Positions 41,170 through 49,192 of a stretch of DNA of 49,192 nucleotides are shown here, in pieces. Under the pieces are notes generated by a model, which saw only the letters and a program-made list of their open reading frames with translations, did not search any database and was not told the origin of the DNA. Origin of the DNA: Planctomycetota bacterium (GTDB lineage: Bacteria; Planctomycetota; Planctomycetia; Pirellulales; Lacipirellulaceae); the NCBI GenBank assembly GCA_039190745.1, contig JBCCXZ010000025.1, positions 1 to 49,192 of the forward strand. Reading direction: 5' to 3'. The translations under genes and the position numbers were made by a program. Each line of letters opens with the position of its first letter. Positions within the stretch are counted from its first letter, which is position 1.

Positions 41170-42147
41170 TCATTCGGGTTCGGCCATGATTTGGGTGCCG
41201 ACGCCTTTATTGGTGTAGATCTCCAGCAGGAGCGAGTGGCGGAGGCGGCCGTCGATGACGTGGATCTTCTGCACCCCGCGACGGAGCGTTTCGAGGCACG
41301 CCTGCACCTTGGGGATCATGCCCGATTCGATCTGGCCGCCGTCGATCAGGGTTTCCGCCTCGCCGGCTGTGAGCGAGTGGATGAGCGTCTCGGGGTCGTC
41401 CTTGTCGCGGCGGACGCCGTTGATGTCGCTGAGGAACACGAGCTTCTCGGCCCCGACGGCCTGGGCGACGGCGGTGGCGGCGGTATCGGCGTTGACGTTC
41501 AGGCGGCTGCCGTCTTCGGTCTCGCAGACCGAGGGGATCACGGGCACCTGGCCGGCGAAGGTGAGGTTGTCCAGCACCGAGCGGTCGACGCGGGTGACGC
41601 GGCCGACGTGCCCGAGGTCGACGGGCTGGCCGTCGTCGCCGGTGAGCTGGAGCTTCTCGCCGAAGAGGACGTTGTTGTTGGTCTCGCCCACGGGGCTGAG
41701 GGCCATGGCCCGGCCGCCCCAGGCCTCGATGCGTTCGGTGATGTACTGGTTCACCTCACCGGCGAGGACGCGCTCGACAATCTTGAGTGTGGCGTCGTCG
41801 GTGTAGCGTCGGCCCTGGACGAAGCGGGGTTCGAGCGAGGCGGCCTCCATGGCGCGGCTGATCGCGGCGCCGCCGCCGTGTACGAGGATCGGCCGCATGC
41901 CGACGGTTTCCATAAAGACGATATCCACCAGCAGGTGCCGGAGGGCCTCCTCGTCTTCCATGACGCTGCCGCCGAGCTTGATGACGGTGATCTTGTCGCG
42001 GAAGCGGCGGATCCAGCCCATGGCCTCGATGAGGACGTCGGCCTTCTGGATGGCGTCTTGCAAGAATCCGCTCCGGTGCGGGGTGGCGGGAGATCGTTGG
42101 GCGGCTTTGTCGCCGGGCGTTGTGACGGGTGCGGCGGCGGTGCTCAC
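41170..42147 (-). CDS. argB: Acetylglutamate kinase
   Basis: [39 protein letters not shown]. Confidence 0.94.
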   Translation of the reverse strand: MSTAAAPVTTPGDKAAQRSPATPHRSGFLQDAIQKADVLIEAMGWIRRFRDKITVIKLGGSVMEDEEALRHLLVDIVFMETVGMRPILVHGGGAAISRAMEAASLEPRFVQGRRYTDDATLKIVERVLAGEVNQYITERIEAWGGRAMALSPVGETNNNVLFGEKLQLTGDDGQPVDLGHVGRVTRVDRSVLDNLTFAGQVPVIPSVCETEDGSRLNVNADTAATAVAQAVGAEKLVFLSDINGVRRDKDDPETLIHSLTAGEAETLIDGGQIESGMIPKVQACLETLRRGVQKIHVIDGRLRHSLLLEIYTNKGVGTQIMAEPE

Positions 42148-42299
42148 GGGACGGCTCTAGTAGACGAAAGGGGTCGGGGCGCGGCCAATCCCGGATTATA
42201 GGGCCGGTTCTGGGGCGGCGGTAGAGGGCGTAGAAGCCCGCTGCGGGGGGCCGCCGAAGCGAAGCTCGGCGGCTAGGAAGAGAAGCGCTGTGGCTCGGC

Positions 42300-43751
42300 C
42301 TACGCGAGGATTTGCTTGACGACGCGGCCGTGGACATCGGTGAGGCGAAAGTCGCGGCCCTGGTAGCGGTAGGTGAGCCGCTCGTGGTCGATGCCGAGGA
42401 GGTGGAGCATTGTGGCGTGGAAGTCGTGGACGTGGACGACGTCTTCGACGGCGTTGTAGCCGAGGTCGTCGGTGGCGCCGTGGCTGTGGCCGGGGCGGAT
42501 GCCGGCGCCGGCGAGCATCATGCTGAAGCCTTTGATGTGGTGATCGCGTCCGCGGAACCGCTCTTCGGCTCCCTGAGCCATCGGGGTGCGGCCGAATTCG
42601 CCGCCCCAGACGACGAGGGTGTCTTCGAGCATGCCGCGTTGTTTGAGGTCGCGGATAAGGGCGGCGGTGGGTTGGTCGACCGACTTTGCGGACGTGCCCA
42701 TGTGGAATTTGAGGCTGTCGTGGTGGTCCCAGCCGCGGTGGTAGAGGTGCACGAAGCGGACGCCGCGTTCGGCGAGCCGCCGTGCGAGCAAGCAGTTGTA
42801 AGCAAAGGTGCCGTCGGCGCCTTCGACGCCGTAGGCGTCGAGCACGCTCTGGGGCTCGTCTGCGATGTCGGTCAGGCCGGGGACGCTGAGCTGCATCTTG
42901 GCGGCGAGCTCGTACTGGGCAATCCGGGTGCGGATCTCGGGGTTGTCGACCTCTGCGTCACGCATACGGTTGAGGCGGTTGACGGCGTCGACCACGTCGG
43001 TCTGCCGCTGGCGGTCGACGCCCTCGGGGTTGGCGATGTAGTGGACGGGGTCGCCTGTGCTGTGGAAGGGGACGCCCTGGTGCTTGCTGGGCAGAAAGCC
43101 GCTGTGCCACTGCCGGGAGGAGATCGGCTGGGGGTTGCGGCCGCTGCGGCTGGTGAGGACGACGAAGCCGGGGAGGTCGTCGCACTCGGAGCCGAGTCCG
43201 TAGTTGACCCAGGCGCCCATGCTTGGCCGGCCGGAGATGCTGGTGCCGGTGTTCATAAACGTGTGGGCGGGGTCGTGGTTGATCTGCTCGGTGACCATCG
43301 AGCGGACGATGCAGAGTTCGTCGGCGACCGACGCGATGTTGGGGAGGTAGTCGCTGACGGCCAGGCCGGACTGGCCGTGGCGGGCGAACTTGGCGCGGGG
43401 TCCCCAGCAAAGGAGCTCCTTGCCCTGGAGCTGGGCGATGGGCTGGCCCTCGGTGTAGGAGGCGGGCATCGGCTGGCCGTCGAGGCGGGCGAGCTCGGGC
43501 TTCTCGTCGAAGGTTTCGAGGTGCGAGGGCCCGCCGGCCATGCACAGGAAAATCACTCGCTTGGCCTTGGCTGGGAAATGGAGCGGGTTGACGACTCCGA
43601 GGGGATCGGGCCGAGCGGCGGAGCCGGCGGTGGAGCCGAAAACGCTCGGCTGGAACATGCCCGCGAGCGCCACCGAACCGAGGCCGAAGGAGGCGTTGCC
43701 GAGAAAGGTGCGGCGGAGCATCGGGTCGGCGGGCGTTTCGCGGCGGGGCAT
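42300..43751 (-). CDS. DUF1501 protein (sulfatase-like fold), Tat signal
   Basis: RRTFLG; HFPAKAKRVIFL.MAGGPSHLETFD.KP; ARRLAERGVRF; GEFGRTP; RLTDVHG. Confidence 0.92.
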   Translation of the reverse strand: MPRRETPADPMLRRTFLGNASFGLGSVALAGMFQPSVFGSTAGSAARPDPLGVVNPLHFPAKAKRVIFLCMAGGPSHLETFDEKPELARLDGQPMPASYTEGQPIAQLQGKELLCWGPRAKFARHGQSGLAVSDYLPNIASVADELCIVRSMVTEQINHDPAHTFMNTGTSISGRPSMGAWVNYGLGSECDDLPGFVVLTSRSGRNPQPISSRQWHSGFLPSKHQGVPFHSTGDPVHYIANPEGVDRQRQTDVVDAVNRLNRMRDAEVDNPEIRTRIAQYELAAKMQLSVPGLTDIADEPQSVLDAYGVEGADGTFAYNCLLARRLAERGVRFVHLYHRGWDHHDSLKFHMGTSAKSVDQPTAALIRDLKQRGMLEDTLVVWGGEFGRTPMAQGAEERFRGRDHHIKGFSMMLAGAGIRPGHSHGATDDLGYNAVEDVVHVHDFHATMLHLLGIDHERLTYRYQGRDFRLTDVHGRVVKQILA

Positions 43752-43813
43752 GGCGTGGTGGCCTTCAGATAGCGGATGAATCGCGGGTGAGGCGTTGAAT
43801 CGCGGGCGCAGGT

Positions 43814-46222
43814 TCAGTTGCGGGTGATGGTCTCGCTGAGGTTCAGGACCACCCGTGCGACGGAGGTCCATGCGGCGAGCTCGTCGGCGGCGATGCCCGC
43901 GGCAGCCGGTGCTTGGCCGATGGCGACCAGCTTGGCGGCTGCCTCGGGGTCTGAGGAAAAGTGCCCGCGGTGCTCGGCGAGCAACGCGGCGAGCTGCTGA
44001 ACCTCGGGGGTGGTCGGCGGGCGGCCGGTGGCTTCACGCCAAGCCCAGCGGAGCCGGCCGTCGTCATTGACTGGGCTCTCTTGCAAGATGCGTGCGGCGA
44101 AGACGCGCGCGGCCTCTGCGTAGGTGGGGTCGTTCAGCAGCACGAGTGCCGCGGAGGGAGTGTTGGAGATCGTCCGGCCGGCGGTGCACTCCTCGCGGGT
44201 GGGGGCGTCGAAGGCGAGTAGCCAGGGGTGGAGGAACTGCCGCTGCCAGTGGGTGTAAACGCCGCGGCGGTACTGTTGGCTTCCCACGGAATGGCCGTAG
44301 GTGCGTTCAGGGAAATTGAGCTGCCCGTAGTAGCCGGTGGGCTGGTAGGGCTTTGCGAACCCGCCGCCGAGTTGGTGGGTGAGCAGCCCCGCGGCCTGGA
44401 GGGCGCCGTCGCGCACTTGCTCGGCTTCGAGTCGGTAGCGGTTCTGGCGGGCTAGCAGCCGGTTCTCGGGGTCGGACTCTTCGAGCTCCGGATGCGGCAG
44501 TGACGCCTGGCGGTAGGCGCGGCTGGTGACCATCAGGCGAACCATGTGTCGGACGTCCCAGCCGCTCTCGATAAACTCGGCGGCGAGCCAATCGAGCAGC
44601 TGGGGGTGGGACGGCGATTCGCCCTGGGCGCCGACGTCGAGCATCTCTTTCGAGAGGCCCGCCCCGAAGTAGAGCCGCCAGAGCCGGTTGGTCGTGACCC
44701 TAGAGGTGAGGGGGTTCTCGGGGCTGGTGATCCAGTGGGCCAAATCGAGCCGCGTGAGGCGTGCGTCGCTGGGGCTTTGCGAGCTGGCGAAGAAGGCGGG
44801 CACGGCCGGCTGGACTTCCTCGCCGGAGTTGTCCATCCAGTTGCCGCGGGGCAGGACGCGGATGGTTTGCGGCTCGACGGCGCGGGTGACCATGACGGGC
44901 TGGAACTTGCGTTCCATGTCGATGAGCCGCTTCTTGAGTTGGATGAAGTCGGTGTGCCGCTGCTGGTAGTTGGAGGGGAGGGTGCCGACGAGGTCTTTCT
45001 CAACTTCTGCGATGCTCCGCTGGATTTTCTGCATCTTTTCGTAGAGAGGGAGCGTCCAGGCGAGGATCTCAGGCGGGCGCCGCGTGGGGAGGGTGTTCTT
45101 GCCGATGGCCTCGAACGACCCGTGCTGGTCGACGTCGGCGAAGAAGGCCCCCATGCGGTAGAAGTCGGCCTGAGTGATCGGGTCGAACTTGTGGTCGTGG
45201 CACTCGGCGCAGCCCATCGAGCTGCCGAGCCAAGCCTCGGAGACGTTCCGCACGCGGTCGGCGAGCATCTTGGCTCGGTACTCGCCGTCTTGGATGCCGC
45301 CCTCGTGCGAGCTCTGCAGGATGCGGTTGTAGCAGGTGGCCACGAGCCGCCAGAGGTCGACGGAGCGGTCTCCGGTCGGCGTCAGGAGGTCGCCGGCGAG
45401 CTGCTCGACCGTGAATTGGTCGAACGGCATGTTCTCGTGGAACGCCTTGAGCACGTAGTCGCGGTAGGGGGCCACGGCCTGGTCTTGGTCGCCGTGGTAG
45501 CCGACGGTGGTGGCGAAGCGGACGAGGTCGAACCACCAAGTGGCCATCCGCTCGGCGTGGCGGGGCGAAGCGAGCAGCTCGTCCACGAGCCGCTCGTAGG
45601 CGTCGCCCGAGTAGTCTTGCAGGAAGGTGTCGATCTGAGGCTGCGTGGGCGGCAGGCCGGTCAGGTCGAGGTACAGCCGGCGGACGAGAGTGGCTTTGTC
45701 GGCCCGCGGCGAGGGTTCGACGCCTTCGGCCTCGAGTCGTGCGAGGAGGAAACGGTCGATCGGGTTGAGCGGCCAGCCCTTGTTCTCGACAGTGGGCGGC
45801 TCGGGGCGGGTGACCGGTCGGTAAGACCAGTGCGGCTGGTACTCGGCGCCCTCGTCGATCCACCGGCGGAGCGTGTCGACCTCCTCGGGCGAGAGGCTCG
45901 GTTTGTTCGCCTCTTCGGGCGGCATCCGGTAGCCGGGCTCGTCGCTGAGGACGCGCGCGAGTACCTCGCTGCTTTCGGCGTCGTGCGGGACGATCGCCCA
46001 CTCGGTGGCGGACTCGAAGTTGTCGAGCCGGAGTTCGCTCTGCTGTTCGCCGGGGCCGTGGCAGGCGTAGCAGCGGTCGGCGAGGATCGGCCGGATGTCT
46101 TCGTTGAAGCTGACCGCAATGCCGTCGGTTTGGTCTGCCGCGAGAGGCTGGCAGCATGCGGCAAAAAACAGCAACGCATTGAGCTTTGGCAACCAACCCA
46201 TGGGTTTGGCGTTCTCTCTCAT
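43814..46222 (-). CDS. Planctomycete cytochrome c / DUF1549 / DUF1553 (PSD1) protein
   Basis: CYACHG and CAECHDHKFDP haem motifs, NPIDRF, RRLYLDLTGLPPT, PSHPQLLDWLA; start uncertain (46201-46270). Confidence 0.9.
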   Translation of the reverse strand: MRENAKPMGWLPKLNALLFFAACCQPLAADQTDGIAVSFNEDIRPILADRCYACHGPGEQQSELRLDNFESATEWAIVPHDAESSEVLARVLSDEPGYRMPPEEANKPSLSPEEVDTLRRWIDEGAEYQPHWSYRPVTRPEPPTVENKGWPLNPIDRFLLARLEAEGVEPSPRADKATLVRRLYLDLTGLPPTQPQIDTFLQDYSGDAYERLVDELLASPRHAERMATWWFDLVRFATTVGYHGDQDQAVAPYRDYVLKAFHENMPFDQFTVEQLAGDLLTPTGDRSVDLWRLVATCYNRILQSSHEGGIQDGEYRAKMLADRVRNVSEAWLGSSMGCAECHDHKFDPITQADFYRMGAFFADVDQHGSFEAIGKNTLPTRRPPEILAWTLPLYEKMQKIQRSIAEVEKDLVGTLPSNYQQRHTDFIQLKKRLIDMERKFQPVMVTRAVEPQTIRVLPRGNWMDNSGEEVQPAVPAFFASSQSPSDARLTRLDLAHWITSPENPLTSRVTTNRLWRLYFGAGLSKEMLDVGAQGESPSHPQLLDWLAAEFIESGWDVRHMVRLMVTSRAYRQASLPHPELEESDPENRLLARQNRYRLEAEQVRDGALQAAGLLTHQLGGGFAKPYQPTGYYGQLNFPERTYGHSVGSQQYRRGVYTHWQRQFLHPWLLAFDAPTREECTAGRTISNTPSAALVLLNDPTYAEAARVFAARILQESPVNDDGRLRWAWREATGRPPTTPEVQQLAALLAEHRGHFSSDPEAAAKLVAIGQAPAAAGIAADELAAWTSVARVVLNLSETITRN

Positions 46223-46609
46223 TGTCTTCGAGGGCATTGTCTTGGGGGCCGGCCGTGAAGGTCGGGGCACGTGGTGGGCGGAAAACGTGCGGGAATCGAT
46301 CCGGACAGAACGTGCGGGCTTCGACCGCGCCGTGAGAATCTCGGCACTGAAAAGACAGCTGCTAGGCTAATCGATTATACAATTCGGGCTACTCGCAAGC
46401 AAGAAATCTCCGGAGCGACGGCTTGCTCCGACTATATCTTACCTCGGTCGTCCCAAGGCGTGAAACGCGATCGGCCCGTGAGGCCGCTAAAGCCGCGCCG
46501 TCCGGCTGCCCGCACAGCCCCTGGAACACGGACTGCCCGCATGGCAAGATAGGCGGCCCGCGGGTTGGCAACCGAGGTCGATCGAAACCGCCGTCGGCTG
46601 ATCCCCAAA

Positions 46610-47371
46610 ATGCAGGTGGCTGATATCTCTACCGAATCGATGGCCGTGGTGCTCGCCGCCGGCAAGGGCACACGGATGAAGTCGGAGCTGCCGAAGGTGC
46701 TGGTGCCCGTGGCCGGCCGGCCGATGCTGCGTTACGTGATCGACGCGCTGCGGGGTGCGGGCGTCTCACGGATTGTGGTGGTTGTGGGCTACCGGGCCGA
46801 CCTGGTCCGTGAAGAGCTGGCCGGCGAAACGGGCGTGGAGTTTGCGGACCAGACCGAGCAGCTCGGCACCGGCCACGCGGTGATGATGGCCCGCGAGGCG
46901 ATCCAATCCGCACGGGGCCCCGTGCTTGTCGTGGCCGGCGATTCGCCGATGCTGCAGGCCTCGTCGCTGAAAAAGCTGCTCGACGCGTTCGACGGCGACG
47001 CCTGCCTGCTGGGCACGGTCGAACGGCACGACCCAACCGGCTACGGCCGGATCGTGCGGTCTGAGGCCGGCGAGTTCACGGGCATCGTCGAGCACAAGGA
47101 CGCCACGCCCGAACAGTTGGCCATTAAAGAAGTCAACGTGAGCACCTACGTCTTCGCCCCGCAGCAGCTGTTGGGGTCGCTCGCTAAGCTGACCGACAAC
47201 AACGCCCAGGGCGAGTACTACGTGACCGACTGCCCCGGGATTCTGCTGGGCGAGGGCAAGCCCGTGCGGGCGCTGAAGGTGCTCGAGCCGTGCGAGTCGC
47301 TGAGCATCAACAACCGCGAGGAGCTTGCTGAGGTCGAGGCCGAACTGGCGAAGCAGCAGGCAAACGCATGA
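46610..47371 (+). CDS. glmU: GlmU N-terminal (uridyltransferase) domain only
   Basis: LAAGKGTRMKSELPKVL, QLGTGHAV, PTGYGRIVR, NAQGEYYVTD; ends before the left-handed beta-helix. Confidence 0.8.
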   Translation: MQVADISTESMAVVLAAGKGTRMKSELPKVLVPVAGRPMLRYVIDALRGAGVSRIVVVVGYRADLVREELAGETGVEFADQTEQLGTGHAVMMAREAIQSARGPVLVVAGDSPMLQASSLKKLLDAFDGDACLLGTVERHDPTGYGRIVRSEAGEFTGIVEHKDATPEQLAIKEVNVSTYVFAPQQLLGSLAKLTDNNAQGEYYVTDCPGILLGEGKPVRALKVLEPCESLSINNREELAEVEAELAKQQANA

Positions 47372-48312
47372 CGGACTTGAAACTCTTCAGCGGGCAAGGC
47401 AACCCTCAGCTGGGCGAGAAGATCGCGCAATACCTGGGGGTGCCGCCGGGGAAGGTGACCCTGGGGGCGTTCCCCGACGGGGAGACCTCGTGCAAGATCG
47501 ACGAGGACATCCGCGGCCGAGACGTGTACCTGATGCAGCCGACGTGCCCGCCGGCGAACGACAACCTGATGCAGCTGCTGGTGATGATCGACAGCTGCAA
47601 GCGGGCGAGCGCCGAGCGGATCACCGCGGTTCTGCCCTACTTCGGCTACGCTCGGCAGGACCGCAAGGACGAGGGGCGGGTGCCGATCACGGCGAAGCTG
47701 GTGGCGAACATCATCACGCGGGCCGGCGCCGACCGGGTGCTGACGATGGACCTGCACGCGGCCCAGATCCAGGGCTTCTTCGACGTGCCGGTGGACCACC
47801 TCTACGCGGCTCCGGTGCTGAACGAGCACTTCATCAAAAAGCAACTGCCGATGGACGAGGTGGTGATCGTCTCGCCGGACGAGGGGAGCATCAAGCGGGC
47901 GTTGGGCCACGCGAAGCGTTTGGGCGGCTCGGTGGCGATCGTCGACAAGCGGCGGACCAGCGCCGAGAAGACGATCCAGGCGAACGTTATCGGCGGGCCG
48001 GTTGACGGGAAGATCGTGCTGATGTTTGACGATATGATCAGCACGGCGGGGTCGATCTGCGGGGCGGCCAAGGTGCTGCACGAGCGGGGCGCCCGGGAGA
48101 TCCACGTGGCGGTGACGCACGCGGTACTCTGCGGCCCGGCGGTCGAGCGGCTGCAGTCGGCGGGCTTGGCGAGCCTGGTCTGCACGGATTCGATCCAGCT
48201 GACGCCCGAGCAGACGCTGCCCCAAACGGAGGTGCTGAGCGTGGCGCCGCTGCTGGGCGAGGCGATCAAGCGGATCCATCGGAACGAGTCGGTGAGCCGA
48301 CTGTTCCAGTAG
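47368..48312 (+). CDS. prs: Ribose-phosphate pyrophosphokinase
   Basis: FPDGE, PYFGYARQDRK, DLHAAQIQGFF, DDMISTAGS. Confidence 0.96.
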   Translation: MTDLKLFSGQGNPQLGEKIAQYLGVPPGKVTLGAFPDGETSCKIDEDIRGRDVYLMQPTCPPANDNLMQLLVMIDSCKRASAERITAVLPYFGYARQDRKDEGRVPITAKLVANIITRAGADRVLTMDLHAAQIQGFFDVPVDHLYAAPVLNEHFIKKQLPMDEVVIVSPDEGSIKRALGHAKRLGGSVAIVDKRRTSAEKTIQANVIGGPVDGKIVLMFDDMISTAGSICGAAKVLHERGAREIHVAVTHAVLCGPAVERLQSAGLASLVCTDSIQLTPEQTLPQTEVLSVAPLLGEAIKRIHRNESVSRLFQ

Positions 48313-48514
48313 CGGGGACTCTGCGGGGCGTTTCTGGGTCCCTGCCGGGAAGGCGATCCTCGGCTGTCGGCTAGCCGCCCAGCCCCTTGCAATCCGGCGG
48401 TAATCCGCCATATTGAGGGGCTTCCGGTCCAGCACCGGTGACGGGCTACGCAGGCGGGCTGCCCGAGAAAAACCATACACCCACAAGCTCTCCGCCAAGG
48501 CCGCGAGGCGACGG

Positions 48515-49156
48515 ATGTCGGAAACAGACACGATTACAGTTGAGAAGCGCGAGAAGCTGGGCAAGCTCAACTCGCGGCGGCTCCGGGCCGAGGGGATTGT
48601 CCCCGCGGTGCTGTACGGCCACGGCGAAGAGCCGGTGAGCCTGAAGATGGACGCCAAGCCCCTGCGTGCGTCGCTGCGGCACGGCGCGAAGCTGGTCGAG
48701 TTGACCGGCGCCGCGAAGGGCTCGGCTCTGCTGCAGGACGTGCAGTGGGACACGTTCGAGCAGCACATCTTGCACGTCGACCTGCTGCGCGTGGACGCCA
48801 AAGAGAAGGTGGTCGTCGAGGTTCCGCTTCTCATCCGCGGCCAGGCGCCTGGCGAGAGCGAGGGCGGCGTGGTCGATCACTTGGTGCACCACATCGAGAT
48901 CGAGACGACCGCGGGTTCGATCCCCGAGCAGTTGCACGTGAGCGTGAACGACCTGCACCTGGGCGGTTCGCTGCTGCCGAAAGACATCGAAGACATGCCC
49001 GCAGGGGCGAAGGCGGTCGCCGGCGAGGATCTGGTTCTGGTGAGCTGCCACGAACCGAAGGTTGTCGTCGAGGAAGAAGCCGATGGCGTTGAAGGTTCCG
49101 CCGAACCTGAGGTGATCGGTGGCAAGAAGGACGACGAGGAAGCGACGGGGGGCTGA
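48515..49156 (+). CDS. rplY: 50S ribosomal protein L25/Ctc
   Basis: RRLRAEG.VPAVLYG, ILHVDL; long form with acidic tail; prs-rplY-pth order. Confidence 0.92.
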   Translation: MSETDTITVEKREKLGKLNSRRLRAEGIVPAVLYGHGEEPVSLKMDAKPLRASLRHGAKLVELTGAAKGSALLQDVQWDTFEQHILHVDLLRVDAKEKVVVEVPLLIRGQAPGESEGGVVDHLVHHIEIETTAGSIPEQLHVSVNDLHLGGSLLPKDIEDMPAGAKAVAGEDLVLVSCHEPKVVVEEEADGVEGSAEPEVIGGKKDDEEATGG

Positions 49157-49192
49157 TGAAGCTGCTCATCGGGCTGGGCAACATCGGCCGGC
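49156..49192 (+). CDS. pth: Peptidyl-tRNA hydrolase, N-terminus (truncated by window edge)
   Basis: MKLLIGLGNIGR overlapping the rplY stop (TGATG); canonical gene order. Confidence 0.8.
   Translation, partial: MKLLIGLGNIGR

Noticed and set aside
46271..46609. tRNA-Gln often found upstream of glmU/prs
   Set aside because: No cloverleaf or T-arm GTTCRA motif in a suitable context.

Overview
A high-GC bacterial chromosome segment, very probably from a planctomycete (Pirellulales/Lacipirellulaceae-like). The basis is the DUF1559 H-X9-DG protein, the DUF1501 + PSD1/DUF1549/DUF1553 pair, dockerin + PEP-CTERM proteins and a short GlmU. Housekeeping genes include pfkA, acs, glmS, kdsB, lhgO, tsaD, an HtrA-like protease, rph, argF/argD/argB and glmU'-prs-rplY-pth. 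There is a cheA-cheW-MCP-cheB chemosensory cluster, and a small accessory patch at about 5.1-8.4 kb (REP, IS remnant, two low-GC orphan ORFs). The best candidate for an undescribed system is the 21.5-24.7 kb cassette. It has (i) a Cys-rich exported leader protein ending in PPP, (ii) a His-rich DUF1559 prepilin-like protein, and (iii) one ORF that looks like a polyprotein: two paralogous Met/His domains, each with its own PEP-CTERM anchor, joined by an internal PEP-TM-RRRR-signal-peptide junction. Non-coding signals include a terminator/antiterminator switch after cheB, a recurring 29-bp CGYAA-N19-TTRCG motif, a covarying REP/REPIN family, 10-bp-periodic CTAAT palindromes and sigma54-like motifs between glmS and kdsB. 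No rRNA, tRNA or CRISPR array was seen. All family calls come from recognising motifs by eye; no searches were run, and several start codons are estimates.
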